A stretch of 64,000 bases of DNA. It comes from Auanema rhodensis (taxonomy: Eukaryota; Animalia; Nematoda). This document shows, piece by piece, positions 1 to 14,800 of the stretch. The stretch is from NCBI GenBank assembly GCA_964057225.1, contig OZ059898.1:7192001-7256000 (forward strand), given 5' to 3'. The position numbers and the translations under genes were made by a program. The notes beneath the pieces are model-generated. The model searched no databases and was not told the DNA's origin. It saw nothing but the letters and a program-made list of their open reading frames with translations. Every line of letters starts with the position of its first letter. Position 1 is the first letter of the stretch.

Positions 1-1770
1 AAACATTCATATATTTTCTAAAAGAAAAACAATAAAAAAGAACACAAGTTCTATTGAAACAAAATCTAAAAAAAGCACTACCTATGATATCCAAGAAAAT
101 ACGACAAAAATTATTTTTAAGCTTAAAAATCTCAAGTTTAAAAACATTTTCTTTGCTGTTTCATGTTTCTCAAATGATCTTTTCATAATCATTCAATAGA
201 TAAATACGCTCTATGAATAATAGGTTGCTGACGACGTGCACTCAAAAAAAATTGAAATTGAGATTTGCACATTGCTATGATGGGGCCAGCTATTTTGCTC
301 GAGCAATACGTTCATTATTCACATTCAATCTTTTCTAATTTTTCTTTTCCCTTTTCCAGCTAGATTATTAAATTGTCTGTGTCAAGCTTCTATATATGCC
401 TACATGTATATATTTTTCTATATATACTATATATAAATATAAATATATATATTATGGATGTATTAAAGTATAGATATACATACGTTTATACATGTAGATA
501 AATTATCTGAGTTCACATTTTTTTTAAATGTTCATGCATTTTTTTTTTGAATAATTAACAAAAAAAATTTCTGTAGTTCTGAAGTTTTCTCATTTTTTAT
601 TAATAAATATAATAAAGACAGGCATCAACTATCCTAATATCTATATATAGCTTATCTGTATCATTGACCAACCACTTAAGGATCAGAAGTCGGATGTCTG
701 CACTAGAAGCTGACATCATCCCTCTCATCAGCCAGTACATGAAGCCATAATTGTGAAACAGAATGTTATCGAAAACTGTCAACAGAAGAAATATGAAAGG
801 GTGCCAAAGAACATTCACGGCGTGTTTCTTCTACTTTTGTCTCGCTAGAGTTGAATGAAAAAAAATTATGCTTGCAAGCTTTTACGCTTTTCAAGTATAT
901 TTGGAACAGAATTAATAAATATGAATGGTCAGCACCTTTTTCACAATAATATTATTATAAACAACATTTTCGGTTAAAAAAAACACATCGAAAACAAAAA
1001 AAATAAAGTGTGAAGTAAAAACTTGCTTTAGTAAAACTCCTCTACCTTTTCATCATGTATGTATTTTAGACGAAGACGTTTATTCATCCTGTCATTAATC
1101 AACATTGAATTGTTTTTTAACATTTTAAAGAATATTCATTTCTTGTTTATATAAGAATATTTAATTATTATTTTTCTTCTTATTGATATCATACTTGATG
1201 ACAAAAGCTCATTGATCTCTTCTATTTTATAATTTTTTTTTCAAATTACTTCATTGCTCTGCAGAAAAAAAAAATGTTGTTAACTCTTACTAAATTTCTC
1301 ATTGGGAGAGTGAAACTCTAAAGATTAAAGTCAAAAGAGAGATTATACTTCAGACTATTGAAATAATCTTGCTTGAATTCAGCATTATTCCACTGAAAAG
1401 TGAGAACATAATGAATGAGAGCACAGAACGAAAGGTGAAAGATTGGGATGTAAAGGACGCAGGATGTTCTCATTATTTCGGCATTTCCTTTTTTTCTCGA
1501 AATAACAATTTTTGATTTTTATTTCTCATTTTTAATTGTTTCTTTTTCTGTTTCCATTGTTCGAGGTGTTCTCAATTGTTTTTCTTGCATTTAAAGATTG
1601 GAATGCTTGATGTGCATGTCAAGAATATCTTTGAAGTTCTGTGGCGTCCTCGTTTCATGTGGTCCATCCCATACTATGATGTGCTGCTGGTCTTACATAT
1701 CGTTGTTGTAGAATAAGTAAAAAAATGTTCATTTTGGCTTTCGTCCTTGATTCTAGAATATACATATTCT

Positions 1771-1816
1771 TTCTCTCTCTCTCTCTCTCTCACTATATAT
1801 ATATATATATATATAT

Positions 1817-1847
<31 letters not shown>

Positions 1848-1905
1848 TATATATATAGAATATGTATGTATATATGTATATTATATAAAGAATATATATA
1901 TATAT
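1771..1905. repeat. Compound microsatellite (CT)n-(TA)n-(GATA)n
   Basis: Visible ctctct, tatata and gatagata runs. Confidence 0.85.
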
Positions 1906-3091
1906 ACCCTTATATTCATCCAACTACAAATCTTCTACAACAGTAATGCTGTTTCAATTGAAAATCTGTTTTTTGTTTTTCTTCTATTTATTGTTCATAT
2001 ACAATAATTTCACTAGAATAATTTATATTGAAATCTAAAATCAAAGGGTTATATGTCATAAAAAACATTAGCAGTTGTTTTAATCCTTCATATAAAAAGC
2101 CTACATGAAGCACGAGCATGTTCCGTTTGGTTTTGATTTATACTATTTTAGATTATTTATTCGTTTTTTTTGTTTTGGAATTATGATGTGCTTAGCAGGA
2201 AAACGCTATCAAATCGCATCTATTGCTGAAAAACAAGAAATGAACTTTAATAATTTTCTGTTCAAATTTGTAGTTACATCTGTAAATTCACCTACATACT
2301 TCTAATGCAGGTTACCTCCTCTTCATTAGCGTTGTACAATTCACGTTGTTTTGTCTGGCCATTCAGCTCTCAATAAGCGTTTACAGCTTGACTTGGTACA
2401 TTTGAGTTTCCAAGTCTTATTACTGATGACTGCATATTGTGCTCGTCAGATGCATTCCGGATGTTTTTACATTATAAAATATTGTTATCATAAAAAATAG
2501 TTATTTTGTAAATCCTCACTTGAATACTAATTTGAATAAAAATCATAGACAATCTAGCAATAGAAGATATATTATTAGCTTTCAGCATAATAATTGAATA
2601 ACGAACTACTAAATGCACAGAATTATAACACACAAATAATCATATTATCTAACAACATCAAAAGAGTTTCTAAATTTAGGCCATATTTCATAGCTTTTTA
2701 GATATTTCACTGAATAATCCTTATCGTTTGTCATTCGTTTTCCGGAAAACTTTCTGAATGTATTTATATAAATTGCATCATTACAGGCTCCAACAACGTA
2801 ACCTTGTCTGAGAATTGACTGTGTATCGACAAATGCCTAAATAAGAAAAATAACTCAACCAAAACCCAGTAGTCTATACATACAAGGAGCATCAGAGACC
2901 GAAGAGAAAAATACGAAAAAGAAGACATAGATTTGTGCTTGAGGCGGAGAGTCAAGAGAAGACAGGGGCTGAGAGATACATACACCAACAACTTCACCAA
3001 AGAACTCTCATCCTCCATCTCCACATATCCGTTGTCATTTTGGTCTCTGTTTTTCGTTCACAACTATTCACACTACTTGAACTTCGGAAGT

Positions 3092-6000
3092 ATGAAGAAC
3101 CTCAATGATTTATATCCATCTACAACTAATTTTATTCTTCAATCTATATTAATATTCACATTCCTTTCCTCATTAGTATTATCGTAAGTTTTTATTTTAT
3201 TTTCATTCAATTGTCAGCCTTGTTTAACTTATTATCTTTTATTCGAAGCTTCATGAGATCAAGTTATTTACTTTATTTAAGCCTTAGATTTCGAACTTTC
3301 GTATATATTATATGACATAAGATAGTTCTGAAGAAAAATATCAATATATTAAAATTCCGAGAGATATAACATTAAATGGAGTTATAGCACACAATATTAT
3401 ACAATGGAGTTCAATTTGACCCAAGCTTGTAATAAATAGTATGTTTGATTCATAAAGTTGAAATCTCATCCTTTTTATTTTTTCTGATCTCTGATATTCA
3501 TATCCACTGCTAATTTTTTTCAACAACCATTAGTTTAAAAATCCAAATTTGGAGTGCAAAGTGACAGCCTTCATCAGAAGAAAAGCGATAGATCATTTTA
3601 GAACTTTATTTTTTTCCTTTATCATTCATCTAAGCGTTCGAACTTTAGCAAAACGAACATTTTTTTTTTATAAAAGTACACCATAAGGACATACATATAT
3701 GTATATAAATCCATGATAATTGAAGTGTTTAGTTCCTATTCTATGGATTGTTTTGAAAGTTTAAACAAAAAAGTCAAAAAGTCATTTTTTGTTAGTAAAA
3801 GCTTGAACTTGTGAGGCTGTTGTTGATAGTTTTCTTGTACGTTTAGTAAAAGGAAATTAATCCTAGAAGTCTTTTGGAACAACATGAAAATCAGATTTTT
3901 AAAGGAACCAAAAGAAACATGCAAATAAATATAATTTTTAAGATTGAAAAGTGATGCATTAAAACATCAAAATCCCATATATGATCGTTTGGCTAAAAAA
4001 GCTCTTCCTCTCAATAATCGACCTTCTGATAAGCCTTTGCGTGTTTATGTAGGATTTTTCGTTGAAAGTCTTGGAAACTTCCGCTCAACAGAAATGGTAA
4101 TTCACTTTAAGAGATATTAAAGTTCATTTCCCGTTTAATGGTGCTTTCATGCTTTAGACTTTTGATATGGATCTTTATATGTATATGAGTTGGTTAGATA
4201 TACGAATGGCTCATAACGAATCCGATTATGTACTTGTCAACGGTGAGCAAACAATTTTATTTTGAAAAATTGGAAATCTAGACAAACGAATAGAAAAATA
4301 ATGATGTCAGTTTTCCCAAGTGTCTTCTTTCATATGAGTTTTGAATTTTTTATTTCCTCCTTTAAAGATCTCGAAAAGACTATTATCAAAAAGAATAAAT
4401 TGACTAAAAACATTCTCAAAATTGAAGAATACGTAAAGAAAGCAATTTAAGATAAGCACTTTCTTGAGAACATGTGGTTACCTGATTTGTACTTTGCTAA
4501 TGCTCGTACAGCATACTTTCATGATGTAACGGTAAGCATAAAACTTTCTATTCTACAAAATAAAACAGAAATCTATGTTATTTATTCATCTTTTTAAGGT
4601 TCATAATTTCAATATGTTTATAGCCCCAGATGGTATGATTAGTTATGGAACACGTGTAACATTGAATTTAGGTAAATAAAATTTTAATAATTTATTTTGT
4701 ATTATTCTATATTTAGCATGTAATTTGGATTTAAAAGACTATCCACTTGATCGTCAAACATGTTTAGTGAAGATTATTAGTTGTAAGTTTTTTAATAAAT
4801 TTAAATATTTAATTTCATTTTTATTCGTAAGTTTCATGTCGTTTCTTCTCCTGTCTCGACTTATTGATTTACATTTAGTTTAAGACTATTTGTTCACTCG
4901 AATATTTATTTTTATCTTGATTATATTCCTGAAGTGATATGCCTCAGCATGTTGTGCTCCTCTAACTGCTCTTTGCTCATCTTAGTTGGTGATCTTAAAG
5001 AAACTGAATAATATAAAAAAACAGAGTGAAAAGAATTGTTTAGACATTTTTATTTAATCTTTAACAAAGAAATAAATATATATCGATTTCACAATACAAA
5101 CGAAATGCCGTTAGAAAATAGATTATACCCCTCTATGAAAATAGAACGATCATCTTAATACTTGTCATCAGCCAAGGTGAATAACGTATTTCATCAGTCT
5201 TCTCAAGCATTATAAATTTTCCTAGTTGTATTGAGCAAGAAAGTCATGCAGAATGGGAACAGAGGCAGTAGATTCACGAGCTAAAATTGAGCAAATGAAT
5301 TAAATGTTCTGTTCATAACTAGCAAACCCGTAACCAATAACTTAACTACTTATGTTTTATAAAAACTTATACCATTATTATTTAAAATAGTAATTAGGAA
5401 AAAGTACAGAAAGAAAAAAAGTTACGCAGAACTTTTAAATCCATTTCATTTACTCTGAAAAGAAGAAAGAAAATTGAATTTTCACTTCATGCATGAACGT
5501 GTGGACATGGATCTTTGTTAGATAATCCCACTCACGAATATATTCTTCAGAAAATTTTGATAGTCGTGTATTAGAAACGATAGAATATACTATAAAAAAA
5601 ACCAAAACTTTATTCAACGTTTTATGTATTTCATATTTAAAACCAGAAAGCGATATGAATAATTTTCTTATTTTTAATTGAAATACTTGAAGTACAGTGT
5701 TCTAATATAAAACTATTTCATATGGTCATGTGAAAACAGAAATGAATGCTACATGGTTCGAGGAAGGTTCTATACGATATAATCCTGATGTAAGATTTAT
5801 ACAAAATTATTTAAACAATAACCGTTATATAGATCAATCTCCCAGAATTTCATATCATGTCAATGGAAAATGATTATTGTGATGGAGTATTCCATTATAC
5901 CATTACTCATAATTCTTCCAGATTAGGTAAGATATTTTCAAAATTACAGTTTGTTCTGAATTCTATGCAATTGTTTTTCAATTTTATATCATTTTGATTT

Positions 6001-6843
6001 ATTTTCAGGTGATTTCTCTTGTCTGCTTGGAAAATTGAATCTGAATCGAGCTATTGGATTTCATCTTGTGCAGGTAGCAATCATTGTAAATTAATTTTCT
6101 ATATTTGTTATTGATAGAGTTATATTCCAACTGCTCTAATTGTTGCTATATCATGGGTGTCGTTCTGGATTGATCGTAGAGCTGTACCTGCTAGGGTTTC
6201 TCTTTCTTTTACAACGTTATTAACTTTAAGTACACAGGTATATAAATCGTTGTTTTCATGAAATTATTTTAATCTTCAGGGTAATGGTATACGCTATATG
6301 CTTCCAGCTGTCTCTTATGCAAAAGCTATAGACTATTTTTATGGAGGTCAGGAACATATTACCAAAATATTCATCAAGATTTCCTTATATTTGCAGTATG
6401 TATGTTGTTTATTTTCGGAGTTTTGTTGGAATTCGCATTAGTCAATAGTTACATGCGTAAAGCGAATAAATACAATAGTATGGCAGAAAAATTGCAAATG
6501 GGGACACATGGGCGAGTGATATACGGCAACTGTGAGTGAATAATTCTATAATTCGATATTTCTATTCTTTAGCTGGTGATTATGATTCGGAATATGAAGA
6601 AGGACCAACGAAATACTATCCACATGTAAGCAAGAGCTCTGCACATTTAATGTTCAAAGCTCTTCAATATTCACGGAGAGCCTTAGCTATTGACAAGGCA
6701 GCAAGATTTGCATTCCCTTGTTAGAACCTTTTTAAAATTAGAGTACTCATCCTATCCTTTCAGCAATATTTTTCTTATTCAATGTGCTATACTGGATGTA
6801 TTACCTACGTGAACCATATGAAAGCTTAAGTGGACGCCATTAA
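3092..6843 (+). CDS. Cys-loop ligand-gated chloride channel subunit (GGR-1/LGC-57-like group), multi-exon
   Basis: Signal peptide MKNLNDL..SSLVLS; [10 protein letters not shown]; Cys-loop [15 protein letters not shown] (~4718-4763); M1-M2 [40 protein letters not shown] with the PAR anion motif; M4 [19 protein letters not shown]; stop TAA at 6841-6843. Confidence 0.92.
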
Positions 6844-7329
6844 AAACTACTCATCATTCAAATGAATCTCAGCTTATCACTTAAGTATATTTAAGCGCTC
6901 CATTTTATGAGAATATTATAAACGGGTGTTTCTATATTGGTATTATTATTATTATTATTATTAATATTATTAATATTATTAATATTATGACAGTACAAAA
7001 TATTGAGATTATTACAAAGTTATTAAATAAACTTCAATTAATCAGCTGTTATCGTTATATTGATTATGAATGCTCTTCTAAGTTCTACTTAAAATTTCAC
7101 AACGATATTATAGACAATTCATTTGATTACTCGTTTTGATAGAAACTCATAACAGGCGTATATTAATCCATCATAACAGCTTAGTTTAAAGCTATGCATA
7201 AATGATAAATTGTTTTAACACATCACAAGTGGTGGAAGTGACCTACAACGACGTCTTGCTGAGTTGATCAAAAATACGGAGAAAAGAAATCCCAGACGTT
7301 TGGTTCCTTCTTCTTTTCCCGTATATCTC

Positions 7330-9239
7330 ATGACTGTCACAATAACTACAGCTCTTCTACTATCTTCACTGAAGGCTAGCCATGTATTACAAGGCTGCAA
7401 TACCGTGGGTTTAATTTTCCACTTAGCACAAATTTACAATTTTTTAGCTTCCCTGTAATCCATGTTTTAATATTACGAATCGTCTTGAGATTCGAGAATT
7501 ATCTTCAGAACACAGATCAATAGTAATAAAACACTTCCATATAATCAAAAAAAATCATAACTATACGAGTTGGACATCATTAGTGCTATCTGAAAACATT
7601 TGTGAATTTGTCAAGCTGTAAGAACAGTGTTCATATTCACTTAGGTTTACCATATTATTCAGAATGGATGACAGTTTATCAGAAACAATGTTGAAGATGC
7701 CATATTGGGATAGTCAAATTGAGCAGAAAATGCAAAATCCTTTTAATTCACCAGTATTCATGGATTCTTTTTTTCCTTCTGCTATACAGCCTACAACTGA
7801 GACCAAGTACAGGTATATTATTAGCCAATGCATTTAAAAAACTAGAGCATTAATAAGGGATGACTTAATGCCGCAAAAAATTAAACGGGATCAATCGTTG
7901 AAATTATTCCTGGCTTCTATCAAAACATCTAGAAACGCTCAGTTACTTTCATTATTGAATAAAATTGGGAGAGCTCTTCAACGGCAAATACCAGGTACAA
8001 GATTCCCGAGATATTCAAACTTTATGTTGTTCAGACAAACCATGCTATCTCTGTTCTTTCCCGAATGCATTTCTACAATGCAATTTTGATAGTTATCAAT
8101 GTGAGAGCAAATTGAGACCCGGTTCAATTTGTTCTTCAACATTTTTTTATGATTCGAAATGCTACAACTCTGTATGCATAGATTCTTTATGTAGTGTGGG
8201 GAGCAGAAAAATACCATCAAATATCAAAACCATTTCTGCTAATCAGAAAAAAATACAAAACAAACGACTTATATCAACCATTGTTCTGCAAGAACAATCA
8301 ATCCATTCCCGCTATAAAACAGACCGCCCAATTGTTTCATCCCAAATTAAAAAATTTTCTACATATCCTAATCTCAAAAAAAGCAGATCTTCAGAAGATA
8401 TCTCAAAAATATCTAAAAAAACCTTAGAAAAGGCACAACGACACTTTACCAAGGACTTAATAAAGAATATCAAGATAACTGTAACCACTCAAGCAGCTAC
8501 CAATAACTCTTCCTTAACAATGCCGATTCAAAATATTCATAAATATGTTAAAGAGCATACTTCAGTTCCATTATTTGTACCAGAGAAAGTCCCAGTAGGA
8601 AAGGTGAAGTTCAAAAACCTGATTATAATAAATTTGTTTTACAGGTAGAAGTAAAAAATCATAAACAGAAGATAATGAATTTTAACAGCACATTAACATA
8701 CCCAACTGTGTTTTTCACAATAAGGATAAATCAACCAAATAATCAAAACAGCTCTTTTTCAAATAGTAAGAAAAGAGAAAACATAGATGTCTATGTGAAA
8801 GGGCAAGGAATACCTCATTATTTCCAAGAATACATAAAGGTTTTTATGCTCATCTAAATAAATGAGAAATAATTTCAGGGCCGTAAAGTTAACAGCAACC
8901 ACTTTATGGTGAGAGTTCCAGATCCAAAATTTGCAGAAATTGTGGAAGCAAGAGTTATTGTGAAAAACAACGGAAAACGCTGCGAAACTAAATGTTTAAC
9001 CCAAAAAGGAACGTATAAAAAATGCAACAAAAAAGTATTGCGCCTCAGCCATTTCGTTGATTATGGTGATGAAGTGTTGTATTATAAGGTAAAATTACAT
9101 AGTTAAAATGTACTATATATTATAATTTATAACATAATACGATTTCCAGACGGAAAAAGAAGCAGAAATAGCACTATGGACGTCATCTCCCTACGAACCT
9201 AATTGGCGAAGAGATAGTTTATATTATTTATGTACTTAA
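7330..9239 (+). CDS. Secreted tyrosinase-derived protein lacking copper-binding histidines
   Basis: Spliced ORF is intact: signal-like N-terminus, RLEIRELSSEHR (cf. RKEYRMLTDDER), KMPYWDS..NPFNSPVF (tyrosinase PYWD motif), Cys-rich FLQC..QCESKLRPGSIC..CYNSVCIDSLC, and C-terminal VRVPDP..GKRCETKCL..YKKC, all resembling nematode TYR proteins. Confidence 0.65.
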
Positions 9240-9594
9240 TCTGTTATAAAAATAAACCTTTTTACTAAATATGAGGAGAGGACATAATTTTATATAATAT
9301 AAAGCACAACCGTTCCTTTGAGATGAAACATTAAATTTGAAAACTTGATGAATATACTCATCTGTAATAGTTTTAGTATTTGGTCTCACCACGGAGAATG
9401 TCAACAGAGCCTGGTCACAGTCCTTCAAATCATATGAGGAATAGTAGCTTGGGCCTAAATATTTACTGAAAAATTGGTGTTTTCTTTCTTCTTTTGTGTT
9501 AGATTATATTATTTTTTGTTTTATATTATATCTGGTAAGAATCCAATTGCTTTTCAGCGTATATACATATATATATTGCGTTCTGCCATCTTGA

Positions 9595-10148
<554 letters not shown>

Positions 10149-10512
10149 CTTTCTCGCAATATAAAACTGTTAAAGTTAATATCGTCTTATATTTTAACAC
10201 TGCAATGCATACAAGATATTTATTGGGCATTTTATAAACTTATACAATATGTTGTAGAGTGTGTTGTAACAGGATTTACTGTTTCGGAAGTAGTTATTTC
10301 AATACTATACCTTTCAAATATTGGTTAGGCGTTTCCTGGGGGTTTTGTATTGTAAGGGTGTGGTATTGTTGCACAAATACGCTAGATAAACGCCAGTGCT
10401 GTTTGGAAGGCGCTTTTCTTGGGTATATTAAGCGTCTCTTATGTCACATTTTGTTTTTGTTACATTTTGAGTTACGCATGTGCAGATATTGTATTTTTAG
10501 TTTGAGTTTCTA

Positions 10513-11538
10513 ATGTCTAAGGACTATCAGGTTCGTGGTGGAGCTTTAAAGCTGAAGGGGAACAAACAGAAATTGTAAGAGGTTAATATTAGCTCATTAT
10601 TTTTCCACTGTATTAGGTTCAAAGCGGATCGCCCTAAGAAGATTAAGAAAAAAGCTACAGATGCCAGTACATCTGATCCTGATTGTGAAGCTCATGGTTA
10701 GCTGAAAAAGAGCTTGGTTAAATTATTTTGTGTTTAGGAGGATGGTGGGCCATTGACAATGAAGTTGACTTGAAGGGAGGAATTAATATAGCGATTGAGC
10801 AGGGGAAAGGCTCCGGTTGCTATCTAGCAGCCTTAGATAATGGCAAATTCACCGTTGGTGGACCACATTCAACGGGTGATGGTCCTAATCCAGAAGAAGT
10901 TTTTGCTCTTGTTCGTACTCCAGATGAGGACAAAATCAGGCAAGAGTTTGCTGTGCACTGTTAAATTTATAATATTTCTTAAGCTTGAAAACAGGCTATG
11001 GTAAATATGTTGGAATTGACTCCTCTGGTCAACTAATTGCTACCGCTGAAGCCATTGGAACAAAGGAACGATTTTTACCTGTTTTCCAAGATGTATGTTG
11101 TTTTATTAGTTTGTTTTATCATCTTTTTCGTATAGGGAAAGACCGCTATACAAGCTATATTCAATCCTTTGTTCTTATCCATGGACACAGATTCAGATGG
11201 ACATGTTTTTGTTTGCAGCAGACAAGCTAAAGAATCAGAGATGGTTACAGTAAGCTTGATTAGAAAATATTCCATTTAACTATTTTATTTAGTTTCGAAC
11301 GGATTCTGAAAAGAAAGGTCCTCAGGATTGGAGACCGGCAGAGGACAAAAAGAATGCCAAAGAATGCGAAACTGCTTATATAAAAATGTATCAGCATTCC
11401 AAAGTTGATCTCAAAGGTAGACAAGTCACTGTTGATCTCAAGAACAAAAAGGGAGTTAAAAGAGCTCAAGAAGACGGAAATCTTCATGACTTTCTTCTAG
11501 AAAGACGTGTGAAAACAAAATCTGATCGATATTGTTAA
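10513..11538 (+). CDS. frg-1: FRG1 homolog
   Basis: GGALKLKG, ALDNGKFTVGGPH..GPNPEEVF, LKTGYGKYVGID, AEAIGTKERF, C-terminal KTKSDRYC. Confidence 0.96.
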
Positions 11539-11820
11539 GTATACTTATTGTATTTATGTTGTGTTACAGAATGCATTTTCTAAATTGATTAATTTAAATT
11601 CGACAATACATGAAGGACAAATTTATAAAATGAGTAAAAAACATGTCAGTGCAACAAAAGTCGTAAACATACATGCACAACGAATAGAAAAAAAACAAAA
11701 AAATCCGATAAAAATATTGAAACCTTAAAACACCGATGATACTAATACATAAATATTATGATACAATTGACTAAATCAGTAAGCTGCAAGGAGACCCATT
11801 TCATTCTAAACATTATTACA

Positions 11821-14800
11821 TTAAGCCCGTGGTGGATCGTTTGTAGCACTACCAGTCCTACTCGGAGCTACACAAGTATTAGCAACATTTTGAAAGAGTC
11901 GTTCTATTTCAGGAGCACAACGTGTGAATTCAAACTTCCAGAACTTATAAGATGGATTCTTGATCAATTCGATAAATGTAATGAGAAGTCCCCATGGGTG
12001 AGGGCGTAAAGCAACAAGTCTTTCAAACAAAATACGCGTAATTTGTTCCTGAACAAAAATTATCATGATCTCTAAAACAAAACAAAACATACTTGAATGG
12101 CATCACAGTCAGAGTTTAGGAAGAGGAATAAGAATACGCAGCTGAAATAATGCGTATGAGCGTTGGGATAACGTAATTGATTAGCAATAGCGTTAAATAA
12201 AAGATAGCGTCCTGAAAAACAAATAGTAAGTAGATAAAAATATCCAATATTGAATATTACCCTCTGTACAGAGCTGAACAGCTAGGTTTTGGAATATGTC
12301 CATAAACGAAGTGTGGGCAATTGAAGAAATACTAATTGGCAGGCGGCGTTGACTTAAGCTTTCAATAGCTCTAAAAAAATTATATAAGGTAAAATTGAAA
12401 AGAAACACACGAAAATTACCTAATTCCAACATAAAGAACCACTGCGTTCATTACGGTTGTATTATATTTAGAACCCGGTGTTTGAGAAACCTGTAACATT
12501 CCAGGTAGTGAGGTAAGGAAATCTACAGAAGAGCGCGTGTTCAAATAGCAATCAAGAGGCACACGAATAGTATCTGGGATGATTGTAGTCATATTCAGAT
12601 TCGACTTCGGTTCTTGAGCCATATCAGGGATGCTATCAACTTGCTGTAAACAAATAATAATTAAAAGATATATAATTCGATTTCTGGAAAACCTTGAAGT
12701 TTAAAGCAAATGGATCTGGCAATCTCATATTGCGGGGGTAGGCTGACAAGACAAGATTTCTCAACTGAACACAGTTTGCAGGGATAGTATCACATATTAC
12801 ATAATGAAATTCGCACAACAACTCAGGGAAATCGTGCAGAATGACGAGTAATACTCTGGAACAAAAATATAAATAAAGACTTCTAGAACAAAAATCACCT
12901 TAAGGTTCCCTTATAAAGTACGCTAATACTTTTAGGAAGATGAATATTCCTTAAGAAAGGAGCAAGAAATTTAAGATGACAAATAATTAGTTGAGTGTAC
13001 ATAGCTTGCATTTTCATAGACTCTTGGGTGTCACTTGAGCCACCTAAAAAAATGATTATCTTCTTGAATGTCAAATCAAACCCACTTCCTAATAATCGTC
13101 CAATTACATTTCGATGTCCCACAATGTCTAACCAAGCAAAAGCGAAACCTGGACATCTTCTCGGCTGAAGTACAAAAAGCGCTTGACCAAATGCTTCTAA
13201 GATATTCCAAGCAATTGGCTCAAGAGACGAATTACTATCGGGTGAAGTGAGCTCATTAAATAATGTGATTAAGATCCGATGGTAAGGCATAGGATTAAAA
13301 TCAGTTCTTCGAACTTCATGGTCCAAGTGTAATACACTAGTTACTATAGACAATACTTTTTTCAGCAAAGTAATTTTAGTTTGAGCTTGACTACCATCAG
13401 AATGCTTGATCATTAACCTAAAATTTTGATTCCTTTAAAAAATTAAGTTGAAGGACATACGAAATAAGTTTCACATATGCATCCAAGGTATAGTAACATC
13501 TTTGCCTAATAATAGTACTTTGATGGAAAGAATTTCCAGGATCTTGTTTTAGCATACGTTGAGTTACATCAACACACATTTCTGTGCACATTCTAAAGAA
13601 TGTAGATACACGATCATCAGTTGATAGAACTCCGTGCTCATGCATCTGAATATTAACATTTAGATTAGCTTTAGGAAACACAGCATACAGTATGGATCAT
13701 TTGAGCTAAAGCTTCTTGAGGATTTCGTTGAGCCATTGGTGTATAACAGAGACTAATCCACTCTCGAAGAATGCCTTCAACCACCTTCTGTGAAATTTCT
13801 CCATCTTCTCTGTTTGACCCAAGAAGATCTGTAGGCGCAGGTGAATCCATTCCACCTGAAGATTCCCCAGGAGCAGGAATTCGAGTACCCGACTGCTGAA
13901 GTTGATGAACCTTGACGAGTTGCTCGTAAGTAAGAGTAAAAGCCTGAAAAACACAATAGAGGTCATTTTTTAAAAAATAAATCATACATCTTTTAATATC
14001 TGACACTTGTTAATATCAGATCCTCCGCTACTTAATAAGCGGAACAATCGCTGAGTAAAAACTGTAGCTTTCAAATTTGATCCTCCGTTTATTTCAATCG
14101 CCAAATGTTGATCGAGAGCCCCGGCTTGAATTAGGCTATGTTTGAGTAAAACTTCAAATGCCTCAACATTCCATTTATAATCAACATTCAGATTCACGAT
14201 AGTATTGGTGATTCTGCGAGAAACTTCGGCAATAGGAAGCCAGCCAAGAAGTACTCTGGTTACACCAATGAAAAGATCACGCAACCTTCTTGGCCATTCA
14301 ATGTCCAAAACATCTATAAAATAGAAATCACTGCAACAAATAAAAGAGATACTGACTTTTAGTTGTTGGATCAACATGATAAGCATGCAATAAATACTCT
14401 ACGCTTTTAGTTAGACAATTGATGACAGCAGCTGGATCTCTTGGAGTCATGGACAAATGAGAAAGTAAATCTCGCATTACACCAACAGCTTGATAGGCCT
14501 ACAAAAGCTAATAAGACAAATATAAAATTACGCTATACCTTGTTGTTAACATTAGGTTGAGCATGCATAGTAGTATCAATTTCTTTCACTATGATATTTA
14601 GCTGATGCACCAATGTCTCATATTGTTTATCAGTTTCTGGCATTGCAAGAGGTCTACTTTCGGCTGGAGCTGCATCGTCAGAAACATTCGGCTTGAAACC
14701 ACATATACGGCTACAACAGTAAAATTTCAAACGATGACATAACTATTTTTACCTGCTGAACTGCGCGTATATATCCATGAGTTCTTTTCTGGTAGTGCCA

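Noticed and set aside
600-3024. Short ORFs and GC-richer patches upstream of the channel gene
   Set aside because: No recognisable motif or consistent exon chain could be built.
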